NCBI GenBank assembly: GCA_012839845.1
Contig: DUMM01000048.1
Coordinates: forward strand, 1-58,309
Length of the DNA: 58,309 nucleotides
Source of the DNA: Bacillota bacterium
GTDB lineage: Bacteria > Bacillota > Limnochordia > DTU087
Direction: 5' to 3'
Part shown: one piece after another, positions 37,500 through 48,193 of the stretch
Layout of the letters: every line of letters begins with the position of its first letter
Numbering within the stretch: the stretch's first letter is position 1
Notes under the pieces: generated by a model
Seen by the model: only the letters and a program-made list of their open reading frames with translations
The model's database searches: none
Told to the model about the DNA's origin: nothing
Program-made: the position numbers and the translations under genes

Positions 37500-37533
37500 A
37501 AGGGTAAGGCACAGCTTTGCCCTTTTCTTTATC
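37500..37533 (+). terminator. intrinsic terminator after ndk
   Basis: 8-bp stem AAGGGTAA / TTGCCCTT (one G-U pair) with a 9-nt loop, followed by TTCTTTAT. Confidence 0.65.
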
Positions 37534-37601
37534 AGCGTATGTCCCGAGGCTCACTTGCACTGGCGGCAAAGGATACTGTCTGTTTGGGGGAGGTAGAATC
37601 T

Positions 37602-40193
37602 GTGGCAAGAACTAGGGCCGGCAGGAGAGATGGGCACACTGATCCGCACAGAGAGCAAGACGTTAAGATGGTTTTGCTCTGCCTATGCCTGACCTTATGC
37701 TTGATGCTGACCCTTTGGAGCTGGGTGTCGGCAGCTTCTCCCTCTAGGGTCTTGAAGCTGCGGGATACCGGTGGGAAACTGGCGGTTGGCCTAGGGGACA
37801 CGTTGGGTGTTGTTCGGATCTCGGCAGAAAAGGGAGTTCGAATAGCTGCACCCAACGGCCGGATCTTGGATGAGTGGCCGAGGACGGTACGGATATGCGC
37901 TGAGTATGGAGAGGGGCTGCGGCCTCCATCGGTTGTTTGGAGAGTGCAGATTAAGGCCGTCCGGGATGAAGGAGCAGCCTTAGCGCTGCGGCAGCAGGTG
38001 GAAAGTGACAGCGGTGTTGCCAGTTATGTGGTCTATGAGGAGCCTTGGTATAAGATCCAGGTGGGCAATGCAGCTGACATGGAGGAAGCAGAAAGGCTTA
38101 AGGCGGCACTTCAGCAGTTGGGCTATCCCGATGCTTGGATAACGAGGGTTGAACTACCAGAAGAAACTATGGGAACCGAAGACCCCGGGGATGAGCTGTT
38201 TTTTCGGGTAGAGGATGACAGCGGCAATGTCTTGCTTTTTGTTGACGAACCCCGGATATTGATCGAGCCTCTCGACGGTCATCCAGTAACAGTGGAAGTG
38301 CCGGGAAGCCCTCCCCGCAGCTACCGAGGCCAACTGAGGCTGAGCTTCTTAGGCCAGGGTAAGATCCAGATAGTGAACATCATCGACCTGGAAAGTTACC
38401 TGTATGGAGTAGTTGGAGCCGAACTGTACAGCGACAATCGGGCTGACCTGGCAGCTTTAGCCGCTCAGGCAGTAGCCGCTCGTACCTACAGCATCAGCAG
38501 CCTGGGCAAGCACGATAGTGAAGGGTTTGACCTGTGCGCTACAGTCCACTGTCAAGTGTACCAGGGACTTGGGCGGGAGTCTGCCCTGATTCGGGAAGCG
38601 GTGGATTCTACTGCCGGCCTGATCCTAGTCTATGGGGGCCGGGCCATCAGTGCGGTTTACCATTCTAACAGCGGCGGAGCAACTGCCGGGGCTGAACAGG
38701 TCTGGTCAACCAGGTATTCCGGCTATCTGCGGCCCAGGCTTGATGAGGCTGTTGACCCCAACACCAATTCTGTGGTGGAATTGGGACGGGATAGGCCTGG
38801 ATACAGCTGGGAGGTTCATTGGTCTGGGGAAGTGCTTGCCGACATTCTGCGCCGGTATCTTAAGACAGAGCTCGCGCTGAGTGTTTCCGACTCTGCCAAG
38901 CTAAGGGATATAAAGATTGCCAAGCAGGATGACTTGGGCAGGGTTGAGAAACTCGTGATCACCTGGGAGGAACCGGATGGAGAGGAAGTCAGTCAGCGGG
39001 AGTATGAGGTAATAAAGGATAAAATCCGATGGGTTTTGCGGCAGCCCGACGGACGGATTCTGCCTAGTACCCGTTTTGAACTGCAGGTCCAAACAGCCGA
39101 CGGACAGGTACACAAGGTTACAGCTTTGGGGAAAGGCAACGGCCACGGCCTAGGGCTGTCCCAAGCGGGGGCTGTCCACATGTCCCGGCTAGGGTTCGGC
39201 TTCGAAGATATACTGCGGCACTATTATACCGATGTAGACATCGTGAAGCTAGAGGACTATTTCCAAATGATGGAAACCCAACTTGCCTGGGAGCGGAAAG
39301 GGATTGTCCTTAATTGGACAGCAGTGTTGGGACCAGAGCAAGGTGTAGCGGAAGTAACCGATGTCTTGGCATGGTCTCCCGATGGGAAATCGGTCGCCTT
39401 TGCCACCGAAGGTTCGGAAGGCGGCCTGTGGGTCTTTGACATCTATACAGGCAGCCTGACGAAGGTGTTGGCAAAGCCGGTGGTGGAGGCTGTTTGGAAA
39501 GGGGACGGTTCGGCAATAGCCGCCGTCACCCAAGTGGACGAGAATGGGTACCAGCAGCTGATGGTTATTCAAATGGCACCGGAACCAGGGACCGCCGCCG
39601 AGACAGATTCATTTTCTGCTGCAGTCGTGGCTGAAGGATTCGACGTCCACTCGCCTATCTGGCTGGCCGACAGCGACTTGCTCCTCTTTAGCCAAAACGG
39701 CATGATCTACGGTACCATGGACGGCGTTAGTATACCAGTGATTACCGGTGCCCGGACACCTGCAGTCAGTTCCGACGGCAGGCAGCTGGCGTTCAGCAGG
39801 GATAGGGCCTTGTGGTTTTATCAGCTGGCCACAGGTACTGCCGTCAAGGTGGATGCAGTAGGTAAAATCGACGCCCTCTGCTGGTCCCCAGATGGAAGGT
39901 ATCTGGCTGCCGCTGCCGATCAAGAGGTGGTGATAGTCAGCACTGCGGGCGAGATATTGACCCGTTTTCACGGTTGGAGTCCCATCTGGTCCCCTGACGG
40001 AGGCTTCTTGGCATATGTGAGTGAGCAGCCGGCAGGTAAAGCGGAGGTGTGCATCTGGGATTTGAACTCCCAAACGTCAATTGTACTGGCTAGTGCCGGT
40101 ACCGATGGGGTACGGCGGGGCGTCCACTGGGCGGTGTCTGGACGACAGCTTGTTCACAACATCGACGGCAGGCTTCACCTTTTGGCCTGGTAG
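37602..40193 (+). CDS. SpoIID/LytB-domain protein fused to an N-terminal SPOR domain and a C-terminal PD40/TolB-like beta-propeller
   Basis: TM 'MVLLCLCLTLCLMLTLW'. SPOR-like 'WRVQIKAVRDEGAALALRQQVE...YKIQVGN...EAERLKAALQQLGY'. SpoIID core 'LESYLYGVVGAEL...AQAVAARTY...DLCATVHCQVYQG...AVYHSNSGGAT...GHGLGLSQAGA'. C-terminal repeats 'WSPDGKSVAF', 'VSSDGRQLAF', 'WSPDGRYLAA', 'WSPDGGFLAY'. GTG at 37602 follows GGGGGAGG; alternative starts are 37539 and 37668. Confidence 0.8.
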   Translation: MARTRAGRRDGHTDPHREQDVKMVLLCLCLTLCLMLTLWSWVSAASPSRVLKLRDTGGKLAVGLGDTLGVVRISAEKGVRIAAPNGRILDEWPRTVRICAEYGEGLRPPSVVWRVQIKAVRDEGAALALRQQVESDSGVASYVVYEEPWYKIQVGNAADMEEAERLKAALQQLGYPDAWITRVELPEETMGTEDPGDELFFRVEDDSGNVLLFVDEPRILIEPLDGHPVTVEVPGSPPRSYRGQLRLSFLGQGKIQIVNIIDLESYLYGVVGAELYSDNRADLAALAAQAVAARTYSISSLGKHDSEGFDLCATVHCQVYQGLGRESALIREAVDSTAGLILVYGGRAISAVYHSNSGGATAGAEQVWSTRYSGYLRPRLDEAVDPNTNSVVELGRDRPGYSWEVHWSGEVLADILRRYLKTELALSVSDSAKLRDIKIAKQDDLGRVEKLVITWEEPDGEEVSQREYEVIKDKIRWVLRQPDGRILPSTRFELQVQTADGQVHKVTALGKGNGHGLGLSQAGAVHMSRLGFGFEDILRHYYTDVDIVKLEDYFQMMETQLAWERKGIVLNWTAVLGPEQGVAEVTDVLAWSPDGKSVAFATEGSEGGLWVFDIYTGSLTKVLAKPVVEAVWKGDGSAIAAVTQVDENGYQQLMVIQMAPEPGTAAETDSFSAAVVAEGFDVHSPIWLADSDLLLFSQNGMIYGTMDGVSIPVITGARTPAVSSDGRQLAFSRDRALWFYQLATGTAVKVDAVGKIDALCWSPDGRYLAAAADQEVVIVSTAGEILTRFHGWSPIWSPDGGFLAYVSEQPAGKAEVCIWDLNSQTSIVLASAGTDGVRRGVHWAVSGRQLVHNIDGRLHLLAW

Positions 40194-40307
40194 CTGCAGC
40201 AGGAATTGGTTTATTTTCCGCCCTCCATCTGGTATACTATCTCATGGCTGCCCGGCGGCAGTTTTGCCGGCAGTTTCCGATAAAGGGCTGGAGGGGAGGA
40301 CACGAGC

Positions 40308-41138
40308 ATGGAACTCTGGTACACGGAGAAGCACACCGCCAACGTGGGGATGATTTGCAAGATTAGAGGCACACTTTTGCGGAAGCGTTCTCCGTATCAA
40401 GAGATTGCCGTTATTGATACTGAGCAGTTCGGCCGGATGCTGCTGCTGGACGGGATCGTCCAAACCACTGTTGCCGATGAATTTGTTTACCACGAGATGA
40501 TCGCCCATGTGCCCTTGAATGCCCATCCCAATCCCCGGAAGGTTGCGGTGATTGGAGGCGGCGACGGAGGCACAATTCGGGAAATCGTCAAACATGATAC
40601 CGTGGAAAAAGCCGTGCTGGTAGAGATTGACGCCGAGGTGATTGAGGCAAGCCGCCGGTATTTGCCGGAGATCTCCTGCGGGCTGGATGATGAGCGGGTG
40701 GAGATCTTAATCGCCGACGGCATAGAACATATTCGGCAGTCGAAAAACGTCTATGATGTGATTATCATTGATTCCACAGACCCGGTAGGACCAGCTGTAG
40801 GTCTTTTTGCTCCTGAGTTTTACGGCAGTGTCTATGAAGCCCTCAAAGATGACGGAATTATGGTGGCCCAGACAGAGTCGCCCTATTACGAACCGGAGCA
40901 GGTAGCGCGGGTGTTTACCGGTGTTAATAGCCATTTCCCTATCACGAAGTTGTACCTAGCCCATATACCCAGCTACTCCAGCGGTCTGTGGAGCTTTACC
41001 ATAGGGTCTAAAAAACACGATCCGGCGGTCATCAACAGGGGAAAGCCGCAGGTCTGCGGTACAAAGTATTACAATGCCGATGTTCATACTGCTGCTTTCG
41101 CTCTGCCGGAATTTGTACGGCAGCTGGTGAAGCCTTAA
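40308..41138 (+). CDS. speE: polyamine aminopropyltransferase (spermidine synthase)
   Basis: 'LWYTEKH', '[19 protein letters not shown]', '[10 protein letters not shown]', '[18 protein letters not shown]', '[13 protein letters not shown]'. Confidence 0.92.
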   Translation: MELWYTEKHTANVGMICKIRGTLLRKRSPYQEIAVIDTEQFGRMLLLDGIVQTTVADEFVYHEMIAHVPLNAHPNPRKVAVIGGGDGGTIREIVKHDTVEKAVLVEIDAEVIEASRRYLPEISCGLDDERVEILIADGIEHIRQSKNVYDVIIIDSTDPVGPAVGLFAPEFYGSVYEALKDDGIMVAQTESPYYEPEQVARVFTGVNSHFPITKLYLAHIPSYSSGLWSFTIGSKKHDPAVINRGKPQVCGTKYYNADVHTAAFALPEFVRQLVKP

Positions 41139-41163
41139 TGCTTGAACCCCCTGCTGGAGAGTG

Positions 41164-41192
41164 CACCGGGTGATGGGCATCGGTGGGTTTTG
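41164..41192 (+). terminator. weak candidate terminator after speE
   Basis: Bulged hairpin CACCG-GGT-GATG...CATCGGTG followed by GGTTTTGT. Confidence 0.35.
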
Positions 41193-41233
41193 TCCCGTGT
41201 CCGGCAGGTTAGTCTGGTTAAGAAGGTGATGAC

Positions 41234-42913
41234 ATGACTATTGCCCTAAAGCTGCAGTCCAGGATTCAACAGGCCTTTGAAGAGGCGATAGACAAAGCAG
41301 CAGCAAGTGAGGGCTGGACAATTGAGAATATGCCCGCCGTTGAGTTGGAAGTACCCAAGGAGAAGAGCCACGGCGATTTGGCTACCAATGTGGCCATGCA
41401 GCTCACCAGGGAGGTTAAGCTGGCTCCTCGGCGTATTGCTGAAGTGCTCATTCAGCACCTCAATTTAGCCGGTACTTTTGTCGAGAGTGTGGAGATCGCA
41501 GGGCCTGGATTCATTAACCTGCGGCTCAACAATCAGTGGCTGTACCAGGTTCTGAGGGATATTGAGGAGCAAGGTGAGGCCTACGGCCGCTCCAATTACG
41601 GACAGGGCAAGAAGGTGCTTCTAGAGTTTGTCAGCGCCAATCCGGTAGGTCCCATGAACGTTGTCAATGCCAGGGCGGCGGCAGTGGGAGATACCTTGGC
41701 CAACATCATGGAAGCTGCTGGATATGATGTGAGCCGTGAGTATTACGTCAATGACGCTGGACGGCAGGCGCATCTTTTTGGCCTTTCCATTCTTGCCAGG
41801 TATAGGGAGATGGCTGGCTTAGAAGTTGAGTTTCCGGAAGATGGATACGCAGCGGACTATGTCACTGAGCTGGCTGGAATCCTGCGGCAGGAAGTGCCTG
41901 ATCTGCTAGAGAAGTCTCAGGACGAACAAGAGGCTTTCTGCAAACGATGGGGTACCGACCGGATGGTTGAACAGCAGAAGGCCGATTTGGCTGCCTTTGG
42001 GGTAGAGTTTGACCACTGGTTCCGGGAAAGGGAGCTCCACGAGGGCGGTTATCTGCAGGAGGTAATTCAGTTCCTGCAGGATGCCGGCTACCTGTATGAA
42101 GAGGATGGAGCTATCTGGTTTGCCTCGACCAGATTCGGCGACGATAAAGACCGGGTGATGATCAAATCTGATGGCGAGCCGACTTATCTCACGCCTGACG
42201 TAGCCTATCATTGGAACAAGTACCGCCGGGGATTTGAACACCTGATCGATATCTGGGGGCCTGATCACCACGGCTACATAGCGAGAATGAGGGCTGCCAT
42301 TCAAGCTCTGGGCTACCCAGCAGACAGCTTTGAAGTCATCATTTTGCAGCTGGTGACTCTCCTGCGGCATGGTGAGAAGGTGAGGATGTCCAAGCGGGCG
42401 GGCCAGTTTGTCACAATGAAAGAGCTGCTCGATGAAGTTGGCAAAGACGCAGCTAGGTACTTTTTCCTGATGCGGGCTCCCGACAGCCACCTGGATTTTG
42501 ATCTGGCCTTGGCAGTAGAGCAGAGCCAGGAGAATCCTGTCTATTATATCCAATATGCCCATGCCCGCATTTGCAGCATCCTCCGGCAAGCTCAAGAAAG
42601 CGGAATTGAAGTGCCCAAAGCTGCTGAGGCTCAGTTGGACCTCTTGCAGACTGAGGAGGAACTAGATCTGATCAAGAAGCTGGCCCAGCTGCCGGAAGAA
42701 ATTATCCAGGCAGCAGAGCGGAGAGAACCCCACCGCATAGCCCGCTACTGCTATGAACTGGCTTCTTCCTTCCACAGCTTCTATACCCACTGCCGTGTAC
42801 TGGGAGAGGAAGAAGCCCTGCAGGGTGCTCGGCTGGTGTTGGTGCAAGCAGTGAAGCAGGTTCTGCGGACAGCATTGAGAATTCTGGGGGTTTCGGCTCC
42901 TGAAAGGATGTAA
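41234..42913 (+). CDS. argS: arginine--tRNA ligase
   Basis: 'EFVSANPVGPMNVVNARAAAVGD' (HIGH region equivalent), 'YYVNDAGRQ', 'MSKRAGQFVT' (KMSK), and a C-terminal DALR anticodon-binding domain 'YYIQYAHARICSI'. Confidence 0.95.
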   Translation: MTIALKLQSRIQQAFEEAIDKAAASEGWTIENMPAVELEVPKEKSHGDLATNVAMQLTREVKLAPRRIAEVLIQHLNLAGTFVESVEIAGPGFINLRLNNQWLYQVLRDIEEQGEAYGRSNYGQGKKVLLEFVSANPVGPMNVVNARAAAVGDTLANIMEAAGYDVSREYYVNDAGRQAHLFGLSILARYREMAGLEVEFPEDGYAADYVTELAGILRQEVPDLLEKSQDEQEAFCKRWGTDRMVEQQKADLAAFGVEFDHWFRERELHEGGYLQEVIQFLQDAGYLYEEDGAIWFASTRFGDDKDRVMIKSDGEPTYLTPDVAYHWNKYRRGFEHLIDIWGPDHHGYIARMRAAIQALGYPADSFEVIILQLVTLLRHGEKVRMSKRAGQFVTMKELLDEVGKDAARYFFLMRAPDSHLDFDLALAVEQSQENPVYYIQYAHARICSILRQAQESGIEVPKAAEAQLDLLQTEEELDLIKKLAQLPEEIIQAAERREPHRIARYCYELASSFHSFYTHCRVLGEEEALQGARLVLVQAVKQVLRTALRILGVSAPERM

Positions 42914-42955
42914 GTGGAGAGAACCCATGGGCTCGTTAAGGCGAGGAGGAGCGGT

Positions 42956-43696
42956 ATGGCAGGGCAGTCCATCTCTAAGTCATGGCAGATAATCCGCAAA
43001 GGTTTTCGCTATTCCTATGATTACCTGGGGATGGTGATTGCTTCCAGCGCACTCTGGTTTGTTACTGGTTTCTTTCCCATCTTGATAGTCACAAGCTTTA
43101 ACAAGTATATACAGAGTCCAATAGCTTACGGAGTCGCTGTTCTAGTGACGCTGATAGTTTTGGGCCCGTCGACTGCGGCAGTTCACGGTATTGCTGCCGC
43201 TATTCTCGACAATGAGGATACAAGGGTGAGGGAGTTTTTCAAATTTTTCCGGAAGTATTTTTGGCGAAGTACTGCCCTGATGCTGCTCAATGTCCTTATC
43301 TTGTTGATCCTGGCTTCGGACTTGATCTTCACCTTGAACAATCCCAATAGGTTTATCCAGATGCTGTCCGGTATCTGGGTCTACTTCTTCATTTTCTGGG
43401 CATTGATGAGCAATTACATTTTCCCCTTCTTGGTTAACCAAGACGTCGGCGTCTTGTTGACCATGAAGCGGTCTGCTCTGCTGGCCCTGGACAATTTAGT
43501 GGTTACTATTATCTTGTCTCTGGCAGTGCTGATAGTAGTTGTGCTGAGTGTGGTTTTGGCTGCGCCGGTACTGCTGTTGATGTTGGGGATCATCGCTTTT
43601 CTGCAAAATGTGGGCTATCGTGAACTGATGCAAAAGTATGACGAGGCGCCAACTCAGACGACAGCCGATGAGCCGGCTGATCAAGAGCAGATTTAG
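42956..43696 (+). CDS. DUF624/YesL-like integral membrane protein
   Basis: About 5-6 TM helices, with an N-terminal 'FRYSYDYLGMVIASSALWFVTGF' arrangement similar to YesL-family proteins. ATG at 42956 follows GAGGAGGA. Function unknown. Confidence 0.65.
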   Translation: MAGQSISKSWQIIRKGFRYSYDYLGMVIASSALWFVTGFFPILIVTSFNKYIQSPIAYGVAVLVTLIVLGPSTAAVHGIAAAILDNEDTRVREFFKFFRKYFWRSTALMLLNVLILLILASDLIFTLNNPNRFIQMLSGIWVYFFIFWALMSNYIFPFLVNQDVGVLLTMKRSALLALDNLVVTIILSLAVLIVVVLSVVLAAPVLLLMLGIIAFLQNVGYRELMQKYDEAPTQTTADEPADQEQI

Positions 43697-43740
43697 AGAT
43701 GAGTTTTCCACTCTTTGCGGCGGGGCTGGTCAATCACAGG

Positions 43741-43770
43741 GCTTCCTTTTCGTAGGGAGGCTTATTTTTT
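43741..43770 (+). terminator. intrinsic terminator downstream of the argS operon
   Basis: Stem GCTTCC / GGAGGC (one G-U pair) with a 9-nt loop, followed by TTATTTTTT. Confidence 0.6.
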
Positions 43771-43787
43771 GTGGGAGTTCCTGCATC

Positions 43788-43816
43788 TTTACTGTATGAG
43801 TTGCAAGCGCTAAAAT
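43788..43816 (+). promoter_or_regulatory. candidate sigma-A promoter of pyrG
   Basis: TTTACT (43788-43793), 17-nt spacer, TAAAAT (43811-43816), 35 nt upstream of the pyrG GTG. Confidence 0.5.
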
Positions 43817-43818
43817 AA

Positions 43819-45474
<1,656 letters not shown>

Positions 45475-45481
45475 CATAGGA

Positions 45482-45504
45482 GCCCCAGGGTACACCCCTG
45501 GGGC
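45482..45504 (+). terminator. hairpin after pyrG (terminator-like, weak U-tract)
   Basis: 9-bp stem GCCCCAGGG / CCCTGGGGC with a 5-nt loop, followed by ATATATCT. Confidence 0.5.
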
Positions 45505-45545
45505 ATATATCTGCGTAGGTCGCGGTGGCGCGATTCTTGGGCTTT

Positions 45546-45554
45546 TGATATAAT
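45546..45554 (+). promoter_or_regulatory. extended -10 promoter element upstream of the nuclease gene
   Basis: TGATATAAT (TGn plus TATAAT at 45549-45554). There is no good -35. Confidence 0.35.
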
Positions 45555-45661
45555 AGTTGCAAGATTAGTTGTGGGCAGCGTTCATTCATCAGTAGCAAGC
45601 CTATGGGAGGCTGCTGAAAATGGATGGGTTATCACCTTGGGAGTCGAGAGAGGTGGAAGAT

Positions 45662-46171
45662 ATGGTTCGGGTTAAGGTGAAGCTAGTCGGTATCGACCAG
45701 GTTGCCATGTGCCCGGTTGTTGTAGTGACTGACATGGATGAACGGCACTTCCTGCCCATCCTGGTAGGGCCAGCTGAGGCTAACGCAATTGCCATGGAGC
45801 TGGAAGGGATTAAGCCGCCCCGACCACTAACCCACGATCTGATGCGGGACCTGCTGAACAAGCTGGATGCCCAGGTAGATCGAGTAGTGATCTCGGACCT
45901 CAGGGATGAGACGTATTACGGTTGTATTGTACTGAAGACGGTGACGGGCAAAATCGAGGTGGATGCTAGGCCCAGCGATGCCATTGCCTTGGCACTCCGC
46001 ACTCACAGCCCGATATTCGTTTCTGAGACTGTAGCCAACCGAGCCATGATACCCGATCGGAAGGCCGCAGACGACCAAACGTCAGAAGACAGCCTCGATA
46101 AGGAGGCGGAGGAGTTTCGCCGTTTCCTGGCTGATCTTACCCCTGACGATTTCCGCCGCAATCTGCAGTAA
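45662..46171 (+). CDS. bifunctional nuclease family protein (DUF151/BFN)
   Basis: 'LPILVGPAEANAIAMELEG.KPPRPLTHDLM..L...L...V..V.I.DL...TYY' is the DUF151 core. ATG at 45662 follows GAGAGGTGGA. Confidence 0.85.
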   Translation: MVRVKVKLVGIDQVAMCPVVVVTDMDERHFLPILVGPAEANAIAMELEGIKPPRPLTHDLMRDLLNKLDAQVDRVVISDLRDETYYGCIVLKTVTGKIEVDARPSDAIALALRTHSPIFVSETVANRAMIPDRKAADDQTSEDSLDKEAEEFRRFLADLTPDDFRRNLQ

Positions 46172-46201
46172 TCATGCGGCGGTGCGTCAGTAATAAAGTT
46201 G

Positions 46202-46249
46202 GCCTCCCCGGTCTATACTGGAAAGGATAGAGCGGGGAGGCGATTTTTG
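46202..46249 (+). terminator. intrinsic terminator
   Basis: Outer 9-bp stem GCCTCCCCG / CGGGGAGGC plus inner TCTAT/ATAGA pairing, followed by GATTTTTGT. Confidence 0.8.
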
Positions 46250-46362
46250 TGAAAAAAGCCCACCTAAACGAAGTCCCTTGGAGAATAAACCGATGGTTCA
46301 TAAAGGAGTTTGTTTCTAGGTAGCGAAACTTTACATCTAAGCCGCCAAGGGAGTGGACTTAG

Positions 46363-47019
46363 ATGTTGATTGATACGAAACGAGTCATGGCCGTGCGGTG
46401 TCCTCGATGCGGCCGGATTGAGGTTCGTGATTGTTTTCTCTTCGAACTGTACAGCAAGAAGACCACTCTTGTCTGCTGTGAGTGCGGGCAAGCTCTTATT
46501 GAGATGGAACGGCACAGCCATCTGTACAAGGTGGAGATAGACTGCCTCGTATGCGAGACCCGGCATGAGCTCCTAGTAGACGTCAAGAGCATTGTACATA
46601 ACGATGCGTTGGTGCTTTTCTGCCCTGAAAGTGATATTGACCTGGCCATGATCGGGCGCTGTGAACGGGTGCGGGAGCTCTTGGCCGGCGAGGGAGATCT
46701 CCTGGCAAATGTGGTGGTGCCCGGAGCTATCGATTCTGCATTTGTGGATATCGAGATTATGCGGGAAGTATTGGAGCGGCTCCAGGCCTGGGCCAATGCC
46801 GGACAACTGTACTGCGGCTGCGGCAATCGCCAGCTGGAGCTGGACCTTTTCTCAGAAAAGGTTGAGGTTGTATGTTCAGAGTGCGGCGGCACATTGGTCA
46901 TATATGCTGAACGGGAAGAAGACCTGGCCGCCATGGAAGGGCTTGAGGAGGTTGTCCTGAAGAAGGGAGCTTTCACCTGTATCGACTCAGCCGACTTCCG
47001 TTGCAGACACAGAGTATAG
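46363..47019 (+). CDS. hypothetical cysteine-rich protein with multiple zinc-ribbon-like CxxC pairs
   Basis: 218 aa and acidic. Cys pairs: 'CPRCG'...'CCECG', 'CLVCE', and a second half with 'CGCG'...'CSECGG'. AAGGGAG lies 9 nt before the ATG. The antisense ORF 46359-46976 is Ser/Arg/Thr-rich and looks like a shadow ORF. Confidence 0.6.
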   Translation: MLIDTKRVMAVRCPRCGRIEVRDCFLFELYSKKTTLVCCECGQALIEMERHSHLYKVEIDCLVCETRHELLVDVKSIVHNDALVLFCPESDIDLAMIGRCERVRELLAGEGDLLANVVVPGAIDSAFVDIEIMREVLERLQAWANAGQLYCGCGNRQLELDLFSEKVEVVCSECGGTLVIYAEREEDLAAMEGLEEVVLKKGAFTCIDSADFRCRHRV

Positions 47020-47059
47020 ACAGGGCCGTATATGGTCCGGCAAGTGGGAGGAGAAGAAC

Positions 47060-47914
47060 TTGGCTTTAGTTACTGTCGCTGAACTGACCAAGGCTGCTGC
47101 CGAAGGTGGTTATGCTGTAGGAGCCTTTAACCTAAACAATATGGAGATCCTGCAGGCTGTGATTGAGGCTGCGGAGGAGGAGCGTTCACCGGTAATTCTG
47201 CAGGCTAGCCAGGGTGGTCTGAAGTATGCCGGCATAGATTATATTGTAGCTATGGCCCGGGTGGCCGCCGAAAATGCTTCTGTCCCGATAGCCCTCAATC
47301 TAGACCACGGCACCAGTTTTGAACAGGCAATGATATGTATCCGTAAAGGCTTTTCGGCCGTAATGATTGACGGTTCCCGTCTGTCCTTCGATGATAATGT
47401 GGCACTGGTAAAGCGTGTGGTCGACGTGGCCCATGCGGTGGGAGTATCGGTAGAGGCGGAGCTGGGCAGAATCGGCGGTACCGAAGACGATATTGTGGTT
47501 TCTGAGCAGCAGGCGGCTCTGACCGACCCTGATGAAGCTGCCAACTTCGTGCAGCAGGCTCAGCCTGACCTTCTGGCCGTGGCCATAGGTACTGCCCACG
47601 GGGTTTATAGAGGAGAGCCTAGAATAGACTTTAAGCGTTTGGAAGAGATCAAGAAGCGGGTAGACATCCCCCTGGTCTTGCACGGTGCCTCCGGCGTTCC
47701 TGATGAAGCAATTCGAAGGGCTTGTCAGCTCGGTATTAGTAAGATTAACATAGACACGGAGCTGCGGATAGCGTTCACGCAAGCTGTCCGGAACGTTTTG
47801 GAAGCCGCTCCCAATGAAATAGACCCCCGGAAGATCCTGGGTCCTGCCAGAGAAGCCATGAAAAAGGTAGTAAAGGAAAAAATGCGCTTGTTTGGTTCGT
47901 CTGGGAAAGCATAA
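47060..47914 (+). CDS. fba: class II fructose-1,6-bisphosphate aldolase
   Basis: 'GYAVGAFNLNNMEILQAVIEAAEEERSPVILQAS', 'LNLDHG', 'SVMIDGS', 'VEAELG.IGG.ED', 'LAVAIGTAHG.Y', 'LVLHGASG'. TTG start 6 nt after GGGAGGAG. Confidence 0.95.
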   Translation: MALVTVAELTKAAAEGGYAVGAFNLNNMEILQAVIEAAEEERSPVILQASQGGLKYAGIDYIVAMARVAAENASVPIALNLDHGTSFEQAMICIRKGFSAVMIDGSRLSFDDNVALVKRVVDVAHAVGVSVEAELGRIGGTEDDIVVSEQQAALTDPDEAANFVQQAQPDLLAVAIGTAHGVYRGEPRIDFKRLEEIKKRVDIPLVLHGASGVPDEAIRRACQLGISKINIDTELRIAFTQAVRNVLEAAPNEIDPRKILGPAREAMKKVVKEKMRLFGSSGKA

Positions 47915-47932
47915 AGAGGCCTATGACCAAGC

Positions 47933-47959
47933 GGCGGGTGAACCAGCCTTTCACCCGCC
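47933..47959 (+). terminator. hairpin after fba (terminator-like)
   Basis: 9-bp stem GGCGGGTGA / TCACCCGCC with a 9-nt loop. The downstream T-run is interrupted (CTCCATTCTTAATTTT). Confidence 0.5.
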
Positions 47960-48193
47960 CTCCATTCTTAATTTTGGTTCACCATTATTGCCTGTCTGGC
48001 CTTAATTGTTGCCATCATGCTCTTGAGCACTCTCCTACTCACAGATTCAGCTGCCATTCAGTATGATCAAGTTTATAGCTAGTTCCATATGAACCTGCTA
48101 AGCGGCAGTGGGTGTGCATCTCTGCCGTCGAACACAATAATCCTACTATTTCGATAAGTGGCAATTTAGCACAGAGGGTTAAGGAGTGGAGTT

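Noticed and set aside
43739-43770. pyrG reiterative-transcription attenuator, read as GGGC followed by a terminator whose 5' arm is the pyrimidine tract CTTCCTTTT, as in Bacillus subtilis pyrG.
   Set aside because: No acceptable -10 is positioned to start transcription at the GGGC. A better promoter (TTTACT-17-TAAAAT, 43788-43816) lies downstream of the hairpin. The hairpin is therefore more simply the terminator of the argS operon.
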